Assembly (NCBI GenBank): GCA_041650895.1 | Contig: JBAZKF010000001.1 | Coordinates: 765,181 to 829,180 of the forward strand | DNA length: 64,000 nucleotides | From: Patescibacteria group bacterium | GTDB taxonomy: Bacteria; Patescibacteriota; Patescibacteriia; 2-01-FULL-39-33 | Direction of reading: 5' to 3' | The notes under the pieces: model-generated | Database searches by the model: none | The model's input: only the letters and a program-made list of their open reading frames with translations | Told to the model about the DNA's origin: nothing | Shown: piece after piece, positions 50,637-59,106 of the stretch | Layout of the letters: every line of letters begins with the position of its first letter | Numbering within the stretch: the stretch's first letter is position 1 | Position numbers and translations under genes: made by a program

Positions 50637-51512
50637 ATGTTTGACAACACAACTAACCAAGGTAATCAAACGGGGGTCGGCAGTACCGGTCAGATGCCGC
50701 CACGGGCACCGCAATTCGGTCCTAGCCCCTTCAACCAACCACAACCCCTGAATCAGCAACCAGCTCAGCCGGTTCTAGCTCCTGCGCCAACCACTCCCGG
50801 CAATCTGCCGGTTGATGATATTTTTTCTAATACTGATCAATCTTCTCGTTCAAGCGGTTCAGCTTTTGTCCGCCAGGCCCTCGGTTCTCCGGTTTCACCG
50901 TTTACTCCGCCTCAACCAGCTGATGCTCGGACGCAACCATCCGCTGCTTATCAGTCACCGGCAGGGCCAGTGTCTCGGTCCACAACCTATATTCCATCAA
51001 ATGAGGAACTTTTTGGCGGTCGATCTTTTCCTTGGGGCAAAGTGATTTCTATCATTGTGATTTTGGCTGTTATTGCTGGAGCCGCCGCCGCGGCTTATTG
51101 GGGCTATTCATATTTTTTCACTATAAAAAAGAGTGCCGTTACAACTCAGGTTCCAATGGTAACCGAGCAACCTCAGGTAGCTATTCCCGCCGTCACAACT
51201 ACTGTGCCGGAAGCTATTCCCGCTACTACTGCGCCAGCCGTCGTTACTATTCCAGCAACAACCGAGTCTTCTCCTGATTCCGATGGTGATGGCTTAACTG
51301 ATAGCGAAGAACGGGCTTTAGGTACTGACCCGCTTAAGGCGGATACTGATGATGATGGGTTGACTGATTGGGCGGAAATAAAGATTTATCACACCGAACC
51401 GCTCAATCCCGATACTGATAGTGACGGTTATAAAGACGGCCAGGAGGTCATTAATGGTTATGACCCGCTCAAACCAGGCAATGCTAAATTATTTGAGGTG
51501 CCGAAGCAGTAA
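50637..51512 (+). CDS. membrane-anchored protein with Pro/Gln-rich N-terminus and thrombospondin type-3-like Ca-binding repeats
   Basis: TM 'VISIIVILAVIAGAAAAAYWGY' followed by 'DSDGDGLTDSEE...DTDDDGLTDWAE...DTDSDGYKDGQE'. Confidence 0.6.
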   Translation: MFDNTTNQGNQTGVGSTGQMPPRAPQFGPSPFNQPQPLNQQPAQPVLAPAPTTPGNLPVDDIFSNTDQSSRSSGSAFVRQALGSPVSPFTPPQPADARTQPSAAYQSPAGPVSRSTTYIPSNEELFGGRSFPWGKVISIIVILAVIAGAAAAAYWGYSYFFTIKKSAVTTQVPMVTEQPQVAIPAVTTTVPEAIPATTAPAVVTIPATTESSPDSDGDGLTDSEERALGTDPLKADTDDDGLTDWAEIKIYHTEPLNPDTDSDGYKDGQEVINGYDPLKPGNAKLFEVPKQ

Positions 51513-51605
51513 AGTAATGAATTAAAATAACCGGAAAAACAATAATATGATAGTTATATTTTTGTTTTATTATTTTTTTGATTAGTTGATTATTTATTTT
51601 AATAT

Positions 51606-52619
51606 ATGCCCGATCAACAAAATTTAACACCGCCATCCAACAAACCGGCGTTGTCGCCGGACATCTCTGGGGAGGTTTATGTAATGCCGGAAAAATTCAG
51701 GCCGGAAGCAGCTAAGTCGGGAAGTTTAGGTTTGATTATCGCTTTAGTAATTTTATTCGGAGTGATTGCTGTCAGTGCCGGCTATTTTGGTTATGATTAT
51801 TATGTTAAATCCAAAGTCCAGCCACAACCACAGTCCCAGCCACCAGTGATAGAGTTATTGGAGACCCCATTGATTATTCCGGAGGAAGTATTATCGACTG
51901 AGGTTATGCCGGAAGCAACGTCTACTGCAGTTGAATCGGTAGCCACTTCTCCCGCCGTTATTTCTACTGAAGAGACAGCGGAGGCAGTTGCAGTAATTAC
52001 TATCAGTCTAGATACTGACAATGATAACTTGACTGACGTGGAAGAAATAATTTTTGGCACTCTACCAACTAACCCCGATACTGACAACGATGGCTATCAT
52101 GACGGAACGGAGTTAATGAACGGTTATGATCCGGCCAAGTCTGGCAATGCCATGATATTTGATTCACCGTTTATAACTAGCTTTACCTCTGATTTCAACA
52201 GCGATAATTTTCGGCTTTATTATCCTAAAGAATGGCAGATTGCTCAGATTAAAGATAGTAAGCAAGCGCTAATCACCGCCGGTACGGGTGAGGTGATCAA
52301 GCTTACGGTAAAAGACAACCAAGCCAAGCAGGCAGCCATGGCTTGGTATCTGGAAAACCATCCTCAGGTTAGTGTTAGTAGCTTGCGTTTGGTTGATTAT
52401 GGCGATTTATCAGGTATTTTTGCACCTGACGGGCTAACGGCGTATTTGACCGGATCGGACAAAAACAAGCTGTATGTGTTTGAATACTTATCGGGGCGTG
52501 GCAGTGAATTCCGTTATCCCAATATCTTTAGTTTTATCATTAAATTTTTCAAATTAACGGCAACTTCATTGAGTGAGCCGACTGTTAATACTTTAGATAC
52601 GGCTACCACTACAAATTAG
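51606..52619 (+). CDS. membrane-anchored TSP3-repeat protein (paralog of the preceding gene) with extra C-terminal domain
   Basis: TM 'LGLIIALVILFGVIAVSAGYF' and repeats 'DTDNDNLTDVEE...DTDNDGYHDGTE'. Confidence 0.6.
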   Translation: MPDQQNLTPPSNKPALSPDISGEVYVMPEKFRPEAAKSGSLGLIIALVILFGVIAVSAGYFGYDYYVKSKVQPQPQSQPPVIELLETPLIIPEEVLSTEVMPEATSTAVESVATSPAVISTEETAEAVAVITISLDTDNDNLTDVEEIIFGTLPTNPDTDNDGYHDGTELMNGYDPAKSGNAMIFDSPFITSFTSDFNSDNFRLYYPKEWQIAQIKDSKQALITAGTGEVIKLTVKDNQAKQAAMAWYLENHPQVSVSSLRLVDYGDLSGIFAPDGLTAYLTGSDKNKLYVFEYLSGRGSEFRYPNIFSFIIKFFKLTATSLSEPTVNTLDTATTTN

Positions 52620-52627
52620 ACCAGCTT

Positions 52628-53059
52628 ATGATAAGTTTTGATTTGACTAATGAAACCAAGTTTCGTCCGGATTCCGACTTAATTAAAAGGGCAGTCAAGA
52701 ATTTTTCTCAAGCAGCAAAAATTAAATCAGGGGAATTTTCTTTAGTCTTAGTTAAGTCATCAACGATTAAGAAATGGAATCGTTTGTACCGAGGCCAAGA
52801 TAAAATTACTGATGTTTTAAGTTTTGCGGAAGCGGAAGCGGAGTTTATTGAAGAAAAAAATAATTTGGGCGAGATATTGATTTGCGTTAGTCGGGCTAAA
52901 GAGCAGGCGAAATCTTACGGCTGGGATCTGAACCAAGAGGTTATTAGACTATTGATCCACGGATTAGCCCATTTGATCGGCTATGAACATGAAGGCGTCT
53001 CAGTCGTTACTCGTCAGCAGATGGAAAAATTTGAGTCCAAAGTGTTAAAGGAAATTTAA
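52628..53059 (+). CDS. ybeY: rRNA maturation endoribonuclease YbeY
   Basis: Zn-binding H-x3-H-x5-H 'HGLAHLIGYEHE'. Confidence 0.85.
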   Translation: MISFDLTNETKFRPDSDLIKRAVKNFSQAAKIKSGEFSLVLVKSSTIKKWNRLYRGQDKITDVLSFAEAEAEFIEEKNNLGEILICVSRAKEQAKSYGWDLNQEVIRLLIHGLAHLIGYEHEGVSVVTRQQMEKFESKVLKEI

Positions 53060-53077
53060 TGATAGCGTTCAAGAAAC

Positions 53078-53100
53078 ACTGAACACAAATTGTGTTCAGT
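53078..53100. promoter_or_regulatory. perfect 11-bp inverted repeat ACTGAACACAA-a-TTGTGTTCAGT upstream of ftsA promoter
   Basis: The arms are 53078-53088 and 53090-53100. A TTGccc-17-TGTTATAAT promoter follows at 53107-53135. Confidence 0.45.
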
Positions 53101-53155
53101 CTGTTCTTGCCCTTAGAACCAGTATTTGTTATAATTAACCAAGTTAAAAACACCC

Positions 53156-54406
53156 ATGCCCAAAAGCCATTTGATCACCGGATTGGATATCGGCTCGACC
53201 GCCATTAGGATCGCGGTGGGAGAACGTTCCAAAAACGACACTAAGATAAGAATTATCGGCGCGGTTGAAGGACCATCTGCTGGGATTTCTAAAGGAGTTA
53301 TTGTCGGTTCCGAGGACGCCATTTCTTCTATCTCTGCTGTCATTGAAAGAGCTGAACGTATGATCGGTCAGCCGATTGAACGTGCTTGGGTGGGAATTAA
53401 TGGCAGTCATATTGTAACCACTGAATCACATGGCGTTGTAGCTGTCTCTAAAAGCAATGGCGAGATAACTTATTCAGATGTTGATCGGGTGATTGAGGCG
53501 GCTAAGGCCGTGGCTTCACCACCGAATTATGAGATTTTGCATGTCATTCCGAAAAGTTTCACTGTTGATCAACAAGTCGGTATTAAAGATCCGGTTGGCA
53601 TGACTGGTATCCGTTTGGAGGTTGATGCACAGATTATTCAAGGCCAGTCCGCTCAAATAAAAAATTTAAGCAATTGCGTTTATCGTACCAAGTTAAATAT
53701 CGACGATTTAGTTTTGTCTATTTTAGCAGCCGCTGAATGCGTTTTGACCACTAAGCAGAAAGAGATGGGAGTGGTCGTGGTGAATTTAGGAGGCAAGACC
53801 ACTTCTTTGGCTGTTTTTGAAGAGGGCGATTTGTTGCATACCTCCGTCATTTCCTTGGGCTCAGATTATATTACTTCAGATATTGCTTTATACTCTCAAA
53901 TTTCCGCTGAAACTGCAGAAAAAATAAAAGTTCGCGAGGGCAGTTGTTCTTATAAGGAATTCAAGCGTCAGGAAGAAGTGAAATTTGCCGCGGTTGGCGG
54001 TATGGAAGAAGGAACCTTTAACAAGCGGGAAATAGCTCAAGTTATCGGTATGCGCGTGGAGGAGATTTTCGAACAAGTTGACCGCGAACTGAAGAAAATT
54101 GGCAAATCAGGTATGTTGCCGGCAGGAGCTGTTATTACCGGTGGCGGAGCTAAAATTGATGGTATTATTGAAGCGGCTAAGCGATCATTGCGTTTGCCCG
54201 CATCCGTTGGCTACCCACATGATTTGGTTTCGGCTTTGGACCGCGCTTCCGATCCGGCCTTTACCGCGGCTATCGGTTTGGTGCTTTGGGGGGATCATTT
54301 AGCTGGAGGTAATTTCAGTCACGCCAGTAGCTTTTCTTGGAACGGTTCGGCCGTTGGCGGATTAATCGGGAAGATTAAGAACATTTTTAAAACTCTTTTA
54401 CCATAA
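53156..54406 (+). CDS. ftsA: cell division protein FtsA
   Basis: Actin-like ATPase with 'ITGLDIGSTAIRIAVGE' and the conserved 'VVNLGGKTTSLAVFEEG'. Confidence 0.9.
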   Translation: MPKSHLITGLDIGSTAIRIAVGERSKNDTKIRIIGAVEGPSAGISKGVIVGSEDAISSISAVIERAERMIGQPIERAWVGINGSHIVTTESHGVVAVSKSNGEITYSDVDRVIEAAKAVASPPNYEILHVIPKSFTVDQQVGIKDPVGMTGIRLEVDAQIIQGQSAQIKNLSNCVYRTKLNIDDLVLSILAAAECVLTTKQKEMGVVVVNLGGKTTSLAVFEEGDLLHTSVISLGSDYITSDIALYSQISAETAEKIKVREGSCSYKEFKRQEEVKFAAVGGMEEGTFNKREIAQVIGMRVEEIFEQVDRELKKIGKSGMLPAGAVITGGGAKIDGIIEAAKRSLRLPASVGYPHDLVSALDRASDPAFTAAIGLVLWGDHLAGGNFSHASSFSWNGSAVGGLIGKIKNIFKTLLP

Positions 54407-54421
54407 TTTAATAGCAAACAT

Positions 54422-55183
54422 ATGCCTAAAAGTATGCCTAAAAAACGTACATCCAGAAAAAAGATAAGCAGTGTCGTCGATCCTTACGAGGTGCCACAGA
54501 ATATTCCAGCCGCCTATCGCCGGCCAGAACCATTAGTATCAGGAGGAATTGGCCCAGTGGTTACAGTATTTATTATTATTATTATTATTATCGGAGCCTT
54601 GGCCACCAGTTATTACTTTATAAATCATCAGCCACTTGATTTCAGTGATACAGAAGCTGGCGTTGTAGTAGATACTCAGGATTCTACCGCTCAGTCGGAT
54701 CAGACAGCAGCTCAAATCGATCCGGCAGCCGATTGGAAGACTTATGATTTTTTAGTTAAATCCAGCTCGACTGCAGCCACTTCAACTTTGTTTTCCTTTC
54801 GTTATCCTGATGGCTTGACTATAGAACGCAACGGCGAAGTATTGAGGATCTATGGTTCCACTGCCACTGATACGCAAATGTTTGTTTATTATGAGCCGGT
54901 TACTGTCGGTTTGGATAAATATTTAAGTGATTTGGACAAAGTTTCAGCCAAGTCCTGGGAAGGTAAGCCTTCAATAGAAGTAGTTACTTCTACTTCTGGC
55001 ACTTTAGGTGGCCAACCTTTGGTTATTCGTGAGCAGAAACTCTTGGCCGCCGATCTTAGTGCTTATACTGCTTACATATTTAATGGCAATAATGTTTTTA
55101 CCGTGTCTCTAACCACGTCGGCCTTAAATCAGCAGTTAGCTCAGTTTTTCGTGATATTTTTGAATAATTTTAAACTAGAATAA
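54422..55183 (+). CDS. hypothetical bitopic membrane protein between ftsA and ftsZ (basic cytoplasmic N-terminus, poly-Ile TM, extracytoplasmic domain)
   Basis: 'MPKSMPKKRTSRKK' followed by the TM 'VVTVFIIIIIIIGALATSYYF', encoded partly by (ATT)n at 54568-54590. Confidence 0.5.
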   Translation: MPKSMPKKRTSRKKISSVVDPYEVPQNIPAAYRRPEPLVSGGIGPVVTVFIIIIIIIGALATSYYFINHQPLDFSDTEAGVVVDTQDSTAQSDQTAAQIDPAADWKTYDFLVKSSSTAATSTLFSFRYPDGLTIERNGEVLRIYGSTATDTQMFVYYEPVTVGLDKYLSDLDKVSAKSWEGKPSIEVVTSTSGTLGGQPLVIREQKLLAADLSAYTAYIFNGNNVFTVSLTTSALNQQLAQFFVIFLNNFKLE

Positions 55184-55204
55184 TAATAGTCTTACCAAAT
55201 AACT

Positions 55205-56551
55205 ATGCCTGAAATTAAACCGGAAATTGAAACCATCGCTAAGATTCGGGTGGTGGGTGTAGGAGGATCAGGAGGGTCGGCGATCAATCGAATGGTCACA
55301 GCCAAAATCAGAGGCGTTGATTTTATAGCTATCAACACTGATTTGCAGGCTTTGCATCATAATTTAGCCGATCGTAAACATAAGTTGCCTATTGGGCAAA
55401 AATTGACCCGTGGTTTAGGCGCGGGAATGAACCCGGAGGTTGGTTTGTCGGCCGCCCAAGAAAATGCTGCTGAAATTCGCGAACTTTTGCGCGGTTCCGA
55501 TATGGTATTCATTACCTGTGGTTTGGGTGGGGGTACCGGCACTGGAGCTTCACCGGTAGTCGCACAAATCGCCAAGGAGCTGGGAGCATTAGTAGTGGCT
55601 GTTGTGACTAAACCATTTACTTTTGAAGGCAAGAAGCGTCAACAGATAGCCGAAGATGGCCTGGAGGTATTGTCGCAAAACGTTGATGCCATTATTACTA
55701 TACCCAACGACAAAGTCAGTCAAATCATCGATCAAAAAACTTCCATGGTTGATGCCTTTAAGGCGATAGATGATATTTTGCGTCAGGGTATCCAGGGCAT
55801 TTCGGAAATCATTACCGTGCCTGCTTTGATAAATGTTGATTTTGCCGACGTTAAAGCAATTATGAAAGAAGCTGGCTCAGCTTTAATGTCCATTGGAGAG
55901 AGCAGTGGTGAAACCAGATCGCAGATGGCCGCTCGTATGGCTATATCCTCCCCCCTATTAGATCTTTCCATTGAAGGAGCTAAAGGCATTTTGTTTGTAA
56001 TTACCGGCGGATCCAGTTTGACCATGTCAGAAGTTGGAGAAATAGCCGATGTTATTACTAAGGGGGCAGATGAAAACGCTAAGATTATTTTTGGTGCCAA
56101 TATTGACGAGGGAATGAAGGATAAGATTCGGGTCACCTTATTAGCCACCGGCTTTGGTGACGGGATTAGGAGTGATAATAATAGAAACAATCCTTTGAAA
56201 AATAAGCTAAACTCCATTTTTGTTGATAAAAGTCCAAAAAATGTCGACGAAGAGATAAAAATAACTAAAAACTCCTTCGGTCGATCCAATCAAGAGACCG
56301 TAGTGAAGGTTAAATCACTGACAGATGATGAGGCAAGAGCGGAGAAACATGGTTTTTGGGGGGCAAAACCTCTAACTAAGGATAAAGTTGCTGTTGAAAT
56401 GGAAGAAACATTATCAGATATAGAAGAAATTGAATCGGAAGGTCAGGAAATCATGCCGGTTTCTTCTCCGGACAGGGTGAATAGGATTCTGGATGAGGGG
56501 GAAGATGAGGACTTAGAAATCCCTACTTTCCTGCGGAAAAAAATGAAATAA
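55205..56551 (+). CDS. ftsZ: cell division GTPase FtsZ
   Basis: 'VVGVGGSGGSAINRM' and the tubulin signature 'FITCGLGGGTGTGASPVVAQIAKELGALVVAVVTKPFTFEGKKR'. Confidence 0.95.
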   Translation: MPEIKPEIETIAKIRVVGVGGSGGSAINRMVTAKIRGVDFIAINTDLQALHHNLADRKHKLPIGQKLTRGLGAGMNPEVGLSAAQENAAEIRELLRGSDMVFITCGLGGGTGTGASPVVAQIAKELGALVVAVVTKPFTFEGKKRQQIAEDGLEVLSQNVDAIITIPNDKVSQIIDQKTSMVDAFKAIDDILRQGIQGISEIITVPALINVDFADVKAIMKEAGSALMSIGESSGETRSQMAARMAISSPLLDLSIEGAKGILFVITGGSSLTMSEVGEIADVITKGADENAKIIFGANIDEGMKDKIRVTLLATGFGDGIRSDNNRNNPLKNKLNSIFVDKSPKNVDEEIKITKNSFGRSNQETVVKVKSLTDDEARAEKHGFWGAKPLTKDKVAVEMEETLSDIEEIESEGQEIMPVSSPDRVNRILDEGEDEDLEIPTFLRKKMK

Positions 56552-56616
56552 TCGCCTAAATTTAGGCAACATTTGAGGAGCCAAAAAACAGATTTAAAAT
56601 TAAAAATATTTTTTAT

Positions 56617-56650
56617 AAATCCGGCCTGTGGATAAGGCCGGATTTTTTTA
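56617..56650 (+). terminator. rho-independent terminator after ftsZ
   Basis: Perfect 8-bp stem atccggcc/ggccggat with a 9-nt loop, followed by TTTTTTT. Confidence 0.7.
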
Positions 56651-56683
56651 AAAATTTTAAAAAAACCCTTTAAAATTAACGTT

Positions 56684-56712
56684 TTGACACACCCACTGAC
56701 TGAGGGTATAAT
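56684..56712 (+). promoter_or_regulatory. perfect consensus sigma70 promoter TTGACA-17-TATAAT for nrdD
   Basis: TTGACA at 56684-56689, a 17-nt spacer and TATAAT at 56707-56712. The ORF-track start (TTG 56684) is actually the -35 box. Confidence 0.6.
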
Positions 56713-56806
56713 TATAGCAACGACAGGTTTTGCAAGACCAAAAACAACCCATGCTTTTTTGGCTTCGTGCCTGTGTTTTTTATTAATTTATAGGATTAAA
56801 GAATAC

Positions 56807-58855
56807 ATGGAAACTCAGATTAAACAGGTAAGGAAGCGCAATGGCGACATTGCTGACTTTGACCAGAAAAAAGTTACCGCTGCTTTATATAAGGCTTTGG
56901 TAGCAGTGGGGCGCGATGACCAGGATTTGACTCAGGTCCTGTCTGAAAAGGTGGTGCATATAATTAATAGTAAATTCCACCCGCGGTCTATTCCGGCCAT
57001 TGAGGAAATTCAAGATGTTGTTGAAGAGGTTTTGATTAAAGATGATTTAGTTAAGGCGGCTAAGGCTTACATCATTTACCGCGAGCAGCATTCCCGTTTA
57101 CGTGAACTCAAGAAGTTGCTTAATTCCAATGACATTATTGAAGGGTATCTGAATAAAATCGACTGGCGCGTCAAAGAAAATGCCAATATGGCCTATTCTT
57201 TGCAAGGCTTGAATAATCATGTGGCCTCGGCAGTATCTTCTCATTATTGGCTCAACAAGATTTATCCTCCGGAGATCAGGAATGCTCATAACGACGGTAC
57301 GATGCATATTCACGATCTCCAGCTTTTGGCCGTTTACTGTTGTGGCTGGGACCTTCAGACTTTGTTACGATTGGGTTTTGGCGGCGTGGAAGGAAAGGTG
57401 CAGAGCAAGCCGCCTAAACGTTTCCGCGTGGCTTTAGGCCAGATTGTTAATTTTTTCTATACTTTGCAAGGCGAAGCGGCCGGCGCTCAGGCCTTCGCTA
57501 ATTTTGACACTTTGTTGGCCCCATTTATCAGATATGAGGGATTAGAGTATAATCAAGTTAAGCAGTCCATGCAGGAATTTGTGTTTAACATGAATGTGCC
57601 GACCAGGGTAGGGTTCCAGACGCCCTTTACCAACTTAACCTTTGACCTGGTTTGTCCCTCAACCTTAGCCAATGAGCCGGTTCTAATCGGTGGCATTCCA
57701 CAACGCGAAACCTACAAAGAATTTCAGCGAGAGATGGACTTGATCAATCGCGCTTTTGCCGAAGTAATGATGGAAGGCGATGCTAGGGGGCGTGTTTTTA
57801 CTTTTCCTATCCCGACTTACAATATTTCTAAGGATTTTAATTGGCAAAATGAGGTACTTAATCCGATTTGGGAGATGACCGCCAAATATGGCATACCGTA
57901 TTTTGCCAATTTTATTAATTCGGACATGAAAGCAGAAGATGCCCGGTCCATGTGTTGTCGTTTGCGTTTGGATAATCGGGAATTGCGCAAACGCGGCGGA
58001 GGTATGTTTGCCGCCAATCCTTTGACCGGCTCAGTAGGCGTGGTAACGATTAATTTGCCCCGCATTGGTTATCTGTCTAAAGGCAATGAAGAAATGCTTT
58101 TTTCTCGTTTGGCCCAGGTAATGGATTTAGCCCGCCAGTCATTGAAATTGAAGCGTGGAATTCTGGAGAATTTTACCGAGATGGGCCTATATCCCTACTC
58201 CCGTTATTTCTTGAATGACATTAAAGAGCGGTTTGGACAATATTGGCGCAATCATTTCAATACGGTCGGCATTAATGGCATGAATGAGGCAGTTTTAAAC
58301 TTTTTAGACAAACCACTTAGCTCCAAAGAGGGCGGGGAGTTAGCCAGTAAAATGATGGATTTCATGTTGCAACGTCTGGTGACTTTTCAGGAAGAGGACG
58401 ACCAATTGTATAATTTAGAAGCTACACCGGCCGAAGGAGCGACTTATCGTTTTGCTAAAAGGGATAAAGAGCTTCACCCTGATATTTTAGTCGCTAATGA
58501 AGGGCAGTATAAAGAACGGGGAGCTGCCCCTTACTATACAAACTCCACTCATTTTCCAGTTAATTATTCAACCGATATTTTTGATGTTTTAGAGAAGCAG
58601 GATAATCTGCAAATAAAGTATACCGGCGGTACCGTAGTCCATATTTTCCTAGGCGAAAAGATGCCAGATATTGAGAGTACTAAAAACCTAGTGAAGAAGG
58701 TCGCCGAAAGCTTTCATTTGCCTTACTATACTTTGACCCCGACTTTTTCCATCTGTCCTAAGCATGGTTACTTGCCAGGCGAGCATCGTTATTGTCCGAT
58801 ATGCGATGACGAAATCGGTTATATCAGAGAACAAAAGGAGAAATTACCATTGTAA
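56807..58855 (+). CDS. nrdD: anaerobic ribonucleoside-triphosphate reductase (class III), ATP-cone + catalytic barrel + Zn ribbon, lacking the canonical C-terminal glycyl-radical tail
   Basis: ATP-cone 'VRKRNGDIADFDQKKVTAALYKAL', the NrdD-like core, and a C-terminal 'CPKHGYLPGEHRYCPICDDE'. The ATG at 56807 is preferred over the TTG at 56684. Confidence 0.85.
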   Translation: METQIKQVRKRNGDIADFDQKKVTAALYKALVAVGRDDQDLTQVLSEKVVHIINSKFHPRSIPAIEEIQDVVEEVLIKDDLVKAAKAYIIYREQHSRLRELKKLLNSNDIIEGYLNKIDWRVKENANMAYSLQGLNNHVASAVSSHYWLNKIYPPEIRNAHNDGTMHIHDLQLLAVYCCGWDLQTLLRLGFGGVEGKVQSKPPKRFRVALGQIVNFFYTLQGEAAGAQAFANFDTLLAPFIRYEGLEYNQVKQSMQEFVFNMNVPTRVGFQTPFTNLTFDLVCPSTLANEPVLIGGIPQRETYKEFQREMDLINRAFAEVMMEGDARGRVFTFPIPTYNISKDFNWQNEVLNPIWEMTAKYGIPYFANFINSDMKAEDARSMCCRLRLDNRELRKRGGGMFAANPLTGSVGVVTINLPRIGYLSKGNEEMLFSRLAQVMDLARQSLKLKRGILENFTEMGLYPYSRYFLNDIKERFGQYWRNHFNTVGINGMNEAVLNFLDKPLSSKEGGELASKMMDFMLQRLVTFQEEDDQLYNLEATPAEGATYRFAKRDKELHPDILVANEGQYKERGAAPYYTNSTHFPVNYSTDIFDVLEKQDNLQIKYTGGTVVHIFLGEKMPDIESTKNLVKKVAESFHLPYYTLTPTFSICPKHGYLPGEHRYCPICDDEIGYIREQKEKLPL

Positions 58856-58917
58856 ACATAAGATAGGAATCGGAATCTGAATCGTTAATTTTAAATTATT
58901 AACTAATTTAAAATAAT

Positions 58918-59088
58918 ATGGAAGGTGACAACAAAGAAATTTTAAGGCAGCCCTGCGAAGTTTATTCGCGGGTTGTTGGTTACATTAGGCCGGTAGATCA
59001 ATGGAATCCAGGCAAGCAGTCGGAATTCACTGATCGCAAGACCTTTGATAACTGTCGGACTTGTTCCGTGGAAGAACTGCCGGTTTAA
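58918..59088 (+). CDS. 56-aa standalone ORF encoding an NrdD-type glycyl-radical loop (RVVGY...WNPGKQSE...R) plus CxxC
   Basis: 'MEGDNKEILRQPCEVYSRVVGYIRPVDQWNPGKQSEFTDRKTFDNCRTCSVEELPV'. It is in a different frame from nrdD. A 62-nt AT-rich gap with in-frame stops separates it from nrdD. Confidence 0.5.
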   Translation: MEGDNKEILRQPCEVYSRVVGYIRPVDQWNPGKQSEFTDRKTFDNCRTCSVEELPV

Positions 59089-59106
59089 GGGTATTTTACT
59101 TTTACT

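Noticed and set aside
53078-53100. The 11-bp palindrome as the ybeY rho-independent terminator
   Set aside because: It has no downstream U-tract and a 1-nt centre. I treat it as an operator or processing site instead.
54568-54590. (ATT)7 tandem repeat
   Set aside because: It is not a CRISPR or other repeat element. It encodes the poly-Ile TM helix of the ftsA-ftsZ intervening protein, and is noted only as a possible slippage site.
56684-56806. ORF-track N-terminal extension of nrdD starting at TTG 56684 (MTHPLTEG...)
   Set aside because: The 'start' is the TTGACA -35 box of a perfect sigma70 promoter, and the extension encodes low-complexity hydrophobic junk. The ATG at 56807 (METQIKQ, ATP-cone) is the real start.
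58780-58860. Simple sequencing frameshift as the explanation for the nrdD split
   Set aside because: I have not fully rejected this. However, the 62-nt gap contains several stops in every frame, and the small ORF has its own ATG and is not a nucleotide duplicate of the nrdD tail. A single indel therefore cannot restore one ORF, and I report it as a finding to verify.
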